Below are positions 34,601 to 44,385 of a DNA stretch of 64,000 nt, piece after piece. This DNA comes from Amphiscolops sp. MND2022 (lineage: Eukaryota). How positions within the stretch are numbered: position 1 is the first letter of the stretch; every line of letters starts with the position of its first letter. The position numbers and the translations under genes were made by a program. Under the pieces are notes generated by a model that made no database searches, was not told where the DNA came from, and saw only the letters and a list, made by a program, of their open reading frames with translations. Location of the stretch: assembly GCA_964187785.1 (NCBI GenBank), contig OZ076409.1, positions 11,782,001-11,846,000 of the forward strand. The letters run 5' to 3'.

Positions 34601-37600
34601 GTCATTCATGAAGAGCTTAGATCTGAATTACGGGTTAACTCGACAGCACCATTACCAATTGACATCGGTTGGTGGTTCAAGGTGTCGATATGAAAAAGAT
34701 ATAAAAGACAAACAGTCGTCCGATAAGGAAGCCAAAAAGCGCAAAATACAAAAGCGTATTAATGATACAGCAGTAAAAATTCGACGTTCTTGGGCAAGAA
34801 GATGCTGATCTACTACAAATGGCTGACAATAAGGCGACGAATGCCGAGCGCAGAACTGGCCTAAAACTCATGGCTGAGTCCAACTCATTTCACATTTTGC
34901 CAAGAAAAAAGGTGAAGAGGAACGGCAATTGTTGAACTCTATAATGTTACGGCTTTGAAAGTCGCCCGAATGCTGAGTTTCTGTTAATACAATTATTCAT
35001 GAAATATAATCGTTTTCTGGTATGACTTCGTTTTCTTTCGTCCACTGGAGCATCTCTAAAAATATTTAGTGCAAAATCTGCGTTTTTCAGTTACATGGTC
35101 AGGGAGAGCACTTGTGTAATGTCAGGGAGAAAAAATTATTGCGCGTGGCCACCCTGAACAAATTGTTAAATTAAAAATGTACTAACTAGGGATGTACCGG
35201 AATTCCGGCCGGATTTCAAAAAAGTTCCGGTTCCGGCCGGAATCATAATTGGTTCCGGCCGGAACAAAATTCTCTTAAAAACATCATTGTTTCCAAATTG
35301 TTTCATAAATTGATACAATTGACTAAAACAATTTCAGATTATGGTGAAGAAATAAAAGTTTTTCGCCAGTTTCAGGAAGAAGTCTGCTTCTTTTTTCTTC
35401 ATATATGTTTCCGAATTCGCAGAACAGCCTTTGTGAATAAACAGATGACAGAGGTGATGTCAGAAATTTCTTCGCAACTTTTTTCAGAGAACGTAAATGT
35501 AGGATAGCACAATCAAAGTTCCGGTCCGGCCGGAACTGGAAATCGAGTTCCGGTTCCGGCCGGAACTCAAAAACGCATTCCGGTACATCCCTAGTACTAA
35601 CGAATATGGGCTACTGGCAAAACGAATCAGAATTTGAAAAACAGTAAGGTTCTTCAAAATACCGCTAGGTTAAGAGTTAAACAACTAAAAATTGAATTGA
35701 GTATAGCATATCTTCGATATATAAGTCGAAATTATTTTCCAGTAGGGGATGTCGAAAAATCATGACGACAAGTACTGGTTTTCATTTGCAACTTGTGAAC
35801 TGAGTTTGTTTCACTGACCCATTCTTTCGTGACAACCTCCCTTTATAGTGGTATAAAATCAAGCTTTTCTGATCTTGAAATTGACAATCGGCCACTGATT
35901 AGAACCGCGAATGAATGAAATTTTGGCCAACTTTCTTAAAATTTGATTGATTGAGAGCAACATAGCTGACACAAATAAAACAATGCACCAATTGATGCGC
36001 TTTTGCCTTAAATGGCCCAAGGTTCGAAACCCGGGTGAGTTGATTTCATGATCAAACTATTTTGAAAGATTTTCAGACCGTGGATATTCATGACAGTAAA
36101 ATAATACATTACTGCGTCTTGCTATTGATTTTCAGTTGATTTCAGCGCTTTGAATTAATCTGATGCAGAAATTAGGTATATAAAACCGGCTTTGAATCTA
36201 ATGACAAGCCTTGTAATGCAAAAAAGTTGTCTTAGCCTAAACCTACATTTCTCACAAGTTTAACCTTTTCATATATAGCCACATTGAATTTTTCACTGAC
36301 CTCGGTTTGTCCCCAGTATGACCCAGCAGGTGTTGTCTCATGGATCCCGCTTGAGTGAACCTCGCTTTACAAACTGGACACTCGTAAGGCTTCTCACCAG
36401 TGTGTGTCTTCAAATGACGCTTCAATTTGAAGTTATCTGCACAGCAGTAACTGCACAGATGACACCGAAAAGGACGATCACCTAAAAAACAAACCACAAT
36501 TCGAAAGTTATACTATAATTTAGGCGAGGATATTTTTGTGCCAACTGCAACAGTCCATTTTTTGGGAAACAAACATTTTAACATCGAAAAAACGAGGTCA
36601 AGGTCATTTATTCATGAATAAAACACAAAAAAAACAATTAAAAAGCACTTTTTCCTGTTTTTTTAGACACTTTACAGTTATTTATGGTCTAGTTTCTGAC
36701 TGTTCAATTTGTTTGGTAGTTTCCACCTTTTCCAGATCGAAATGCATCGTGTGAAAGATGATATCTGCAAAAAAGCAATGTGGCGAATGACTTCCATGCT
36801 TTATAATCATGTTACACTTTTGTAGAAGAAAATTTGGCAATAAATGAAAAGGCGTCGGGCATAACACACTGTTTTCCATGGTAGCTTTCCCAAGCGAAAA
36901 AAATAAACTACAAAAATAAAAATTTCAAAAAAAACTTGTTTAAAACACTTTTCGTGAAAAAACATATAAAAATAACAACTCTGTAAAAAAGATGTTTGCC
37001 AACAAAGATTGTTAATTATAGTTTTTTGACGAAAAATGTTTTACACAGGTTTTAAACGACATATAGTGTTTTTTGTACTTTATTGTTTTTTTTCCGTTTG
37101 GGAAAAACTACCGTGGAATTCATGAATGAAACACCTTAACTGTGATATCATGTGGATATCATGACCTTCAAAACTATGAACCTAGACAGAGAGCATATTA
37201 TTGTTGTCAAACATAAAACTCTAATTACTGTCAATTTGAGTTTACTACATATAGTGTTGTACAATAGAGTATTGACCATTGAACATGAGATTGATACTAT
37301 AGATTAGTTGCTAAAGAAGATACGAATTTATCGTCTTAGATAAAGAACCTTTTTATCGTGATAGACCGAGGTTACAACATGGCGCAGTAGCAAGATTTAC
37401 TTTTATCCGTAAATCCAATTTTAACCGACCAAATACCAATGACGACAACCAAGAGTAATATATTGCTACCATACCTTGAAGACACCGGACTTGATGGGAA
37501 AAAATTATACACCCCCAAAGAATGGACCGAACGATTACGGCATTACATAAAACGAATCCATGATATCGATATAAAACCGGCTTTATCCGGGGAAACAATG

Positions 37601-40600
37601 CCAACAAGTAACGAATGGACAACAAAAGAACCGGAAATAAGACAAGATTTCATCTGGGGAGCAGGACCATCGGCAATAGAGACGATCACCAAAGGAGAAT
37701 TCAACACAGATCCCGATACCATCAATACAGAAAGACTCATCCAACTATTCAAAGACTATTACATGCCAAAACGAAACACCTACCACAGCCGAGGAGATTT
37801 CTTCTGGGCGAAACAAGAAGACAACGAAACCCCGGAAGAACACTGGCGAAAATTAGTATCCCTCGAAAAGAACTGCGAATTCAAAGATATCAAACAAGAA
37901 GACCTACTAATATCAAAATTTATCACTAGTATTACCGATAAAAAACTACGGGAAAAACTCATCCGCGAAAAAACACTGAATCTGAAAACTACCATGGATC
38001 TGGTAACCCAAGATAGTTATGAAAAGAGACATAAGCAATCAACAATACCACCAGCACTGGCGAAAGAAAAAGAAATTAAAGAAGAACCCATACAGAAGAT
38101 ACAACCACGAAACTACCGGAAAAATACCGAAACAACCGCAAAAAACAACAACTGCGGTTTCTGCGGACAGCAAAACTGGTCACCATCACACAAATGCCCG
38201 GCAAAAACGGCAGAATGTAATAATTGCCACAAAATGGGACACTTCGCAAGAGTTTGCCGCAGCAAAACCAATAAGAACACGAGAAAGCAAAAAATCAACT
38301 ACCTGGAAGAAACATACACCGAAGAAGAAGAAAGTGAACCAGAAGAAATACAACAAATCACGCAAATCAATAGAGTACTACCGGATGAAAACGATAACTA
38401 CGGGATCAAACTAAAAATTAACGGCAAATACCAAAATTTCACAATTGACACCGGCTCTCCAGTTACAATAATGCCAAACAACCCAGAACTCTACAACCAA
38501 AGAGATATAAAACCCCTGAAAGAAAGATATCAAGACGTAAACAAAAACGAAATCCAATTCCTCGGGAAAATATGGGCCGATATCGAACACAACGGAAAGA
38601 CAACAAAATTACCAATCCTAATTACAAAAAGAAACGATATCACTCCATTATTAGGCGTGAACTGGTTGAAACAATTACCAATCACCATCAACAAAATTCA
38701 ATTGGACGAACCAACCAACCAATCAGAAACCATCTACGCGAAATTCAACAAACTATTCGAAACAAACCATACAATTAAAAATATAGAAGTGAAAATTCAA
38801 ATAAAGCCAGGATGCTACCCCATCCAGCAGAAAGCCAGACCAATACCGTACCATTTACAAAAAGACGTAAAAAACGAACTGGACCGATTAATAAAATCCG
38901 GACATCTCGAACGATTAGAAACAATCGAAGAAGATTGTTTTGTATCACCCGTTGTAATTACGGTGAAGAAAGACAAGACGGTAAAAATCGCGCTAGACGC
39001 CCGAAAACTCAATGACAGCTGCGTAAAGAAAAGGCCACACATGCCAAATATGGAAGAACTATTAAATCAAATATCAGCCGAATTATCCAAAAACGACCGC
39101 GACCCAATTTGGATATCCGTAGTAGACCTCGACTACGCATACGGACAAATGAAACTGGCCCCCGAAACAAGCAAACACTGCAACTTTGCAATGACAGGAG
39201 AGAAAATAAATGGATATTACCGATTCTTAAAAGGATTCTACGGCCCCGCCGACATACCAACGATTTTCCAAGAAAAAATAGACAGAACCCTGGGTCACCA
39301 AACACCAGTTTGGCTAGATGACATTATAATTGTCACACGTGGAACCAAAGAAGAACATACCCGAAAACTATATTCGGTACTGACAAAACTGGAAAATGAA
39401 GGCTACAAAGCAAGCAAAAAGAAGTCAAAATTCTATCAAAAAGAAACAATATGGCTCGGACATACGATATCACAAGACGGAATCAGGCCAAACAAAGAAA
39501 AGACAGATGCGATAAATAAACTAGAACCACCAACAAACGCCAAAGCACTAAAATCTTTCCTCGGAGCTATACAGTACTTTGCGAAATTCATACCGAATTT
39601 ATCCGAGAAAACAGACAACATGAGACAACTACTCAAAAAAGGGACGAAATGGGAATGGACAACCGATCGAAATTCGGACTTCAACAAAATAAAACAAGAA
39701 CTAACATCATTACCCTGTTTGGCACACTACAACGGCAACAAAGAAAACATCGTCACAACCGACGCATGCAAAACTGGTTTGGGAATAGCACTCTGGCAAA
39801 AACAAGGCAACGGAGAACTAAAACCGATAGCATTTGCCAGCCGATACCTAAACGATGCCGAAAAAAAATATTCTATCGGAGAATTAGAACTATTAGCCGT
39901 CGTATGGGGCTTGGAAAGATTTAGATTCCATTTATATGGCAAACAAGTCCAATTATTCTCGGACCATCAAGCACTAGAACCCCTCCTGAAGAGAAACAAG
40001 ACAAATAAACAATATAGTGCGCGACTAACACGATGGCTAGACAGATTGAACCACTTCGACATCTGCTTAAAACACACTGCCGGCAAAGAAATCAAATTCA
40101 CGGATTTCATCAGCCGAAATCCCACCGAAAATCCAGAACCGGAAGAAAATTACGAAGAAGAATTTGTTATTAACGCCATCGCGCAACTAGCAACGGTAAA
40201 CGCCCGAATAGGACGGATTTTCGACCAATCAGAAGACGCGACCACGGCAGCCAAAGCAAACATGCGTGATACGCGCTCGCTAATTGACACGCGACGCTAC
40301 CAAACAAACAAAAGCCATATTGATTCTAATTACCGCATACAACAGCATCCATCCAATACTGACTGTATAAAAATGAATAACAATGAAAACAATACACGCT
40401 TCTTCCGCACAGACGGACAATTACGACACCATTGGGGTGCAGATGACGATATCATGGCCATTATCAATGCAAGAGATAAATCACCCGAAACTTCGGAACT
40501 CGTGAGAAGAAGAGTACAATTGGCGAGACCGGGTGTAATGAGACCACATTTCAACAAGAATTTGGGCCGAGAAATTTACATACCGAGAAGACCGGAAGAA

Positions 40601-43600
40601 GATGAAAGAAGAGAAATAAAGCGAATTGACATTCAACTGAGACAAAAGATCAGAGAGCAACATATCGGCGGAGGATATTTTCAAAACTTTGGGGACGACA
40701 TTCCCCAGACCCAAAACACCGAACAACAACAAACCGAGAGAAATGAAACCAACCGAGACACAGAATCCACCGTCTCAAATAACTCGGAGGAAGCAGTAGC
40801 CACCCACGAACCCGGAACTTACCCAGCAATACCAGTCCAAGAATACAGAGACGGGCCAATCGAAGAAATTGCCGTACACTACGTGAGAATCAACCGCGTA
40901 GTTGAAGAAAAACCGAAGCGTAACAGACAACAAGAAGATAACGTCAGATCGGCAGAACTAGATTTCATGCTAGACTTGGAAACGATAATCAAGGAGACGG
41001 CCGCTGACCCTGATCTCATCGAACTAAACTGCTGCATCGAGGACAACAAATTGGATCAAATTCCGCAGAACTACAAAACCGTAGCCAAGAAACTGACATA
41101 CCGTTGGGGTATTATATTGGTCGACGACCGCATCGTAATTCCAAAATCACTACGCTACGCAGCACTCAATGCATTACATTTTGGACATCCCGGGATAAAC
41201 AAAATGTACAGCGACGCAGCAATATTCTGGTGGCCGAACATGCGGGAAGATATTGAAAAGAAATCAAAAACCTGCTCAGCCTGCCTCAACGCTGGTAAGA
41301 ATCTAAAATTCCAAATACCCCAAACCGAAAAATCAAAAATCGAACCGACAAAAACACCTGGTGAAGAAATACAAATTGATTTTACGGGAAATCTCAACAA
41401 TAAAAAACTGCAAAGCAATCCGTTCACACTAATTGCGGTGGATAAAAATAGCCGATGGCCCGTAGCAAAAATATGCAAAAATACGAACCATGAAACCGTC
41501 ATTTCATTTCTGGATGAATACATAAATGTATACGGAGTACCGAAACAAATAAAGTCGGACAAAGGCGGCGCCTTTATCTCCAAAGAATACATAGAATATT
41601 GCAAGACGCATAATATCAACCGCATATACGGTACGGCAAACCTACATACTGGCACCGGATTGGTCGAGCGTACAATCCAATCGCTGAAGAACCTAACTCT
41701 GGCAAATCTAGAAGACAACCAAAACCTTCGTGAAAGCGTAAATAGAGCACTATACGTCCTAAGATTTACAATACATTCAGAAATAAAGAAAACTCCGTTT
41801 GAATTACATTTCGGACGGACACCAAGAACCAAACTGTCTAACCTAAAAAATTCTATTTCAGTGGATTCCAAAGATCTCTCGGTGTATATCACCAGAAATT
41901 CAACCGGACAAATCACGGATCACCTGGTAATGTCAAAGAAAAAGATAGCCGAACCAAGATACAAGCGAGGAATGACATTCTCCCAAACAAAAAAAACCGA
42001 CCAGTGCGGTAAGTAAATTTGAATATCCTTTCAAATTTTACGAAAAAAACTACAAAAAAGGATCCATGGAAAGTAAATTCAAAAATAAAATACAAACCGC
42101 TGTATCTGGAACAAGACACACCGTAACAACGGATAAAAATAAAGTTATCCACAGGAAATTAATATCCAACCCGCTACCATTTCAGCAAACAACAACACCG
42201 GCAAAGAAGATCAACACCCGCCAAAACACCGCAGACCAACCCACCTGCTCCAAAACACTGGACAATACAACCACCAGCGGAGCACCCTGCATCTACAGCA
42301 GGAAAGAAACACCGAAGAACACCGCAAACTACGAAAGAAGCGAGGACTGGTCGAAAAGAAAGGAAATACCCAGGAACAACAAGGGACAATTTACTTCACC
42401 AAACAAAAACACAGAAAACCTAAACCTGAGCATCATATCTGACGATGACGACTTCGAATGTTACAATAAAGCGGAAGGAAAACCGATACAAGTCAACATC
42501 GAAGATGAACTTCAGCTCCACCCGAAGGAAACTAACCTGACACCGGAACAAGGTAGCTATAAAAGAAAAAATAGAACAGAAAAACCGATAGAACCGGTCA
42601 GAAGATCCAATAGACTACCTTTTGCAAAACAAACCGAAAAATTAGGCGGGATACCGTACCACATTAGTAACAATAAGAAAAAATTAACTAACCACGGTAA
42701 TTTATTACAGGAAACAACAGCGGAAACAGCGGAGAGAAATGAGACGAAGAATGACCGTCCAATGCGACAAAACAATGAAGAAATCCGTACCATACGGCCA
42801 CTACAACAAATCCCCATCGGACAACCCCGAAGAGGGGGGAATGTGATATCATGTGGATATCATGACCTTCAAAACTATGAACCTAGACAGAGAGCATATT
42901 ATTGTTGTCAAACATAAAACTCTAATTACTGTCAATTTGAGTTTACTACATATAGTGTTGTACAATAGAGTATTGACCATTGAACATGAGATTGATACTA
43001 TAGATTAGTTGCTAAAGAAGATACGAATTTATCGTCTTAGATAAAGAACCTTTTTATCGTGATAGACCGAGATTACAACATTAACAACAACCTTGATGAT
43101 GCTAACCCGTATGCGATCGCATGTGTCTTTTCAACTTGCTGACTTCAACACTTGCGTAATCACACTCCGGACACTGGTGAGGCTTATAAGACGTGTGTCG
43201 GTATCTTTGATGACGTGTCAACTCCCCTTTGGTTACAAACGCTTGGGAGCACTCCTCGCATTCATAAGGCTTGCGCCCTTTGTGAGTGTTCATATGATTG
43301 TTAAGCATAGATTGTAGTTTGAAGGCTTTGTCGCATTGGGGACACTGGAAAACAAAACAAATCAATATAGCCCAATTGGATATTCACCAGCATGCGAACT
43401 TTAACAACCATAGTCGCACGTGCGGTGAAGGTAAATTGAAAAACAAATTACGTACTTATTGTCATTTTTGCACTAAGTTTGACTCTGTCAGATCTGTTAT
43501 ACGATTTTGATGGCATTGTACAAATAGGACCCTAATATGGCGTAGAATGATTGTAAAAATTTCGTTCGAATCGTATGCACAGTTTTTGAGAAAATCAGAA

Positions 43601-44385
43601 AAAGTCCAAAAACGGCTGTTTTTGGCCACATTTTTGGGCTAATTTTGGCTGTTTCTCAGATCCCAACTATACGATTTTGATGTCATTGCGCACGTAGGAG
43701 CACCTTTGTGTGTAGAATGACTGCTGAATTTTATAAAAATGAAGTTTTTGAGAAATTTGAAATTTTCATTGAAAGGTCGGGAGAAAAAAGGTACGAGTGC
43801 ATAATTTTTTCCGACTCCTAAAATGAGTTCTTCATCTAACCTTGAAAGGTCGTTCCTGATAATGACTCTTCCAATGTTTTTCCAATGTCTCCTGCGACAA
43901 GGCGGCGTAGTTACCACAGATGCCACAGTGATATACTCTCGATTGGTTTTCAACCACATGGTCACTGTCAAACTTGATGTGTTTGTAGATATCGAATTTG
44001 GGTCTGGTAGAATCAACGTGATTGGTCAAAGGATCGTCTTCGTTTTCCTCCGCCCTCAAGCTCTGTTCACAACATGTCTCGCCGGCACTATTCGAAACGG
44101 CACTTTTTTTCTTTTCCGAATTCTCGTCTGATATCTCATCCAATTTTCTTTTCGGACTAGGCGTAAGGGTGGCTTCTTGGCTGGCGAGAGCACATGTGTT
44201 CTTTTCATGGAAAGCATCTTCGGTTTTTGGGAAGTGAGATGGACTAATACCCTCCAAGCTATCTTCCCACAAATCGGTGCCCTCGTAGGAAGAAATTATG
44301 CCTTCAGCGGTGAAAGAATAGAACGGTTTCAAATCTCCACGATTGACTGCACTTCTTGAATTGCGCAGAATGTTAGGTCTTTTGC
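30653..44385 (-). CDS. CTCF: CCCTC-binding factor (CTCF) orthologue, 11-zinc-finger and C-terminal exons
   Basis: Exons 44385-43841, 43344-43107, 36481-36301, 33302-33058, 31617-30653 splice in phase. Fingers follow CTCF order with diagnostic strings: [99 protein letters not shown]. Confidence 0.92.
31886..32835. mobile_element. hAT-type MITE nested in MITE 31674-32964 and itself containing a Helentron-like copy (32026-~32680)
   Basis: TIR CTGGGGTGTGG/CCACACCCCAG; 8-bp TSD GTTATCAG. Confidence 0.8.
33058..33302 (-). CDS. CTCF: CTCF exon: ZF7-ZF9
   Basis: ORF 33002-33412 trimmed to splice sites. Confidence 0.93.
33705..35156 (+). mobile_element. Internally deleted DNA transposon with hAT-like transposase remnants
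   Basis: 13-bp TIR CAGGGTGGCCACG; fragments [36 protein letters not shown]. Confidence 0.8.
35187..35593. mobile_element. hAT-type MITE
   Basis: TIR TAGGGATGTACCGGAAT; CCGGCCGGAA subterminal repeats; perfect 8-bp TSD GTACTAAC. Confidence 0.88.
36301..36481 (-). CDS. CTCF: CTCF exon: ZF5-ZF6
   Basis: ORF 36252-36497 trimmed to splice sites. Confidence 0.93.
37141..37379 (+). repeat. 5' LTR
   Basis: Direct repeat of 42842-43080. Confidence 0.97.
37439..42016 (+). CDS. Gag-pol polyprotein (Zn knuckles, protease IDTGS, RT WLDD, RNase H, integrase HHCC/DDE)
   Basis: 1525-aa ORF with recognisable motifs. Confidence 0.95.
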   Translation: MTTTKSNILLPYLEDTGLDGKKLYTPKEWTERLRHYIKRIHDIDIKPALSGETMPTSNEWTTKEPEIRQDFIWGAGPSAIETITKGEFNTDPDTINTERLIQLFKDYYMPKRNTYHSRGDFFWAKQEDNETPEEHWRKLVSLEKNCEFKDIKQEDLLISKFITSITDKKLREKLIREKTLNLKTTMDLVTQDSYEKRHKQSTIPPALAKEKEIKEEPIQKIQPRNYRKNTETTAKNNNCGFCGQQNWSPSHKCPAKTAECNNCHKMGHFARVCRSKTNKNTRKQKINYLEETYTEEEESEPEEIQQITQINRVLPDENDNYGIKLKINGKYQNFTIDTGSPVTIMPNNPELYNQRDIKPLKERYQDVNKNEIQFLGKIWADIEHNGKTTKLPILITKRNDITPLLGVNWLKQLPITINKIQLDEPTNQSETIYAKFNKLFETNHTIKNIEVKIQIKPGCYPIQQKARPIPYHLQKDVKNELDRLIKSGHLERLETIEEDCFVSPVVITVKKDKTVKIALDARKLNDSCVKKRPHMPNMEELLNQISAELSKNDRDPIWISVVDLDYAYGQMKLAPETSKHCNFAMTGEKINGYYRFLKGFYGPADIPTIFQEKIDRTLGHQTPVWLDDIIIVTRGTKEEHTRKLYSVLTKLENEGYKASKKKSKFYQKETIWLGHTISQDGIRPNKEKTDAINKLEPPTNAKALKSFLGAIQYFAKFIPNLSEKTDNMRQLLKKGTKWEWTTDRNSDFNKIKQELTSLPCLAHYNGNKENIVTTDACKTGLGIALWQKQGNGELKPIAFASRYLNDAEKKYSIGELELLAVVWGLERFRFHLYGKQVQLFSDHQALEPLLKRNKTNKQYSARLTRWLDRLNHFDICLKHTAGKEIKFTDFISRNPTENPEPEENYEEEFVINAIAQLATVNARIGRIFDQSEDATTAAKANMRDTRSLIDTRRYQTNKSHIDSNYRIQQHPSNTDCIKMNNNENNTRFFRTDGQLRHHWGADDDIMAIINARDKSPETSELVRRRVQLARPGVMRPHFNKNLGREIYIPRRPEEDERREIKRIDIQLRQKIREQHIGGGYFQNFGDDIPQTQNTEQQQTERNETNRDTESTVSNNSEEAVATHEPGTYPAIPVQEYRDGPIEEIAVHYVRINRVVEEKPKRNRQQEDNVRSAELDFMLDLETIIKETAADPDLIELNCCIEDNKLDQIPQNYKTVAKKLTYRWGIILVDDRIVIPKSLRYAALNALHFGHPGINKMYSDAAIFWWPNMREDIEKKSKTCSACLNAGKNLKFQIPQTEKSKIEPTKTPGEEIQIDFTGNLNNKKLQSNPFTLIAVDKNSRWPVAKICKNTNHETVISFLDEYINVYGVPKQIKSDKGGAFISKEYIEYCKTHNINRIYGTANLHTGTGLVERTIQSLKNLTLANLEDNQNLRESVNRALYVLRFTIHSEIKKTPFELHFGRTPRTKLSNLKNSISVDSKDLSVYITRNSTGQITDHLVMSKKKIAEPRYKRGMTFSQTKKTDQCGK
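42066..42917 (+). CDS. C-terminal continuation of pol in the +1 frame; runs into the 3' LTR
   Basis: Frame is open back to the A8 run at 41989-41996; removing one A fuses it to the polyprotein. Confidence 0.65.
   Translation: MESKFKNKIQTAVSGTRHTVTTDKNKVIHRKLISNPLPFQQTTTPAKKINTRQNTADQPTCSKTLDNTTTSGAPCIYSRKETPKNTANYERSEDWSKRKEIPRNNKGQFTSPNKNTENLNLSIISDDDDFECYNKAEGKPIQVNIEDELQLHPKETNLTPEQGSYKRKNRTEKPIEPVRRSNRLPFAKQTEKLGGIPYHISNNKKKLTNHGNLLQETTAETAERNETKNDRPMRQNNEEIRTIRPLQQIPIGQPRRGGNVISCGYHDLQNYEPRQRAYYCCQT
42842..43080 (+). repeat. 3' LTR
   Basis: Direct repeat of 37141-37379. Confidence 0.97.
43107..43344 (-). CDS. CTCF: CTCF exon: ZF2-ZF4
   Basis: ORF 43102-43365; [12 protein letters not shown] matches recalled CTCF ZF4. 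Confidence 0.95.
43841..44385 (-). CDS. CTCF: CTCF exon: acidic linker plus atypical ZF1 (CGIC-x13-HWKSH)
   Basis: ORF 43832-44332 extended to the acceptor at 44386; ends ERPFK|GTTAG. Confidence 0.85.

Larger units (their letters stand above)
37141..43080 (+). mobile_element. Full-length Ty3/gypsy LTR retrotransposon in a CTCF intron (antisense to gene)
   Basis: 239-bp LTRs 37141-37379 and 42842-43080 (TG..CA, one mismatch); 5-bp TSD TTAAC; PBS TGGCGCAGT at 37380; PPT GAAGAGGGGGGAA at 42829-42841; PR-RT-RH-IN order. Confidence 0.97.

Noticed and set aside
41155..41916. 253-aa antisense ORF within the gypsy integrase
   Set aside because: Likely a shadow of the A-rich sense ORF; no recognisable motifs.
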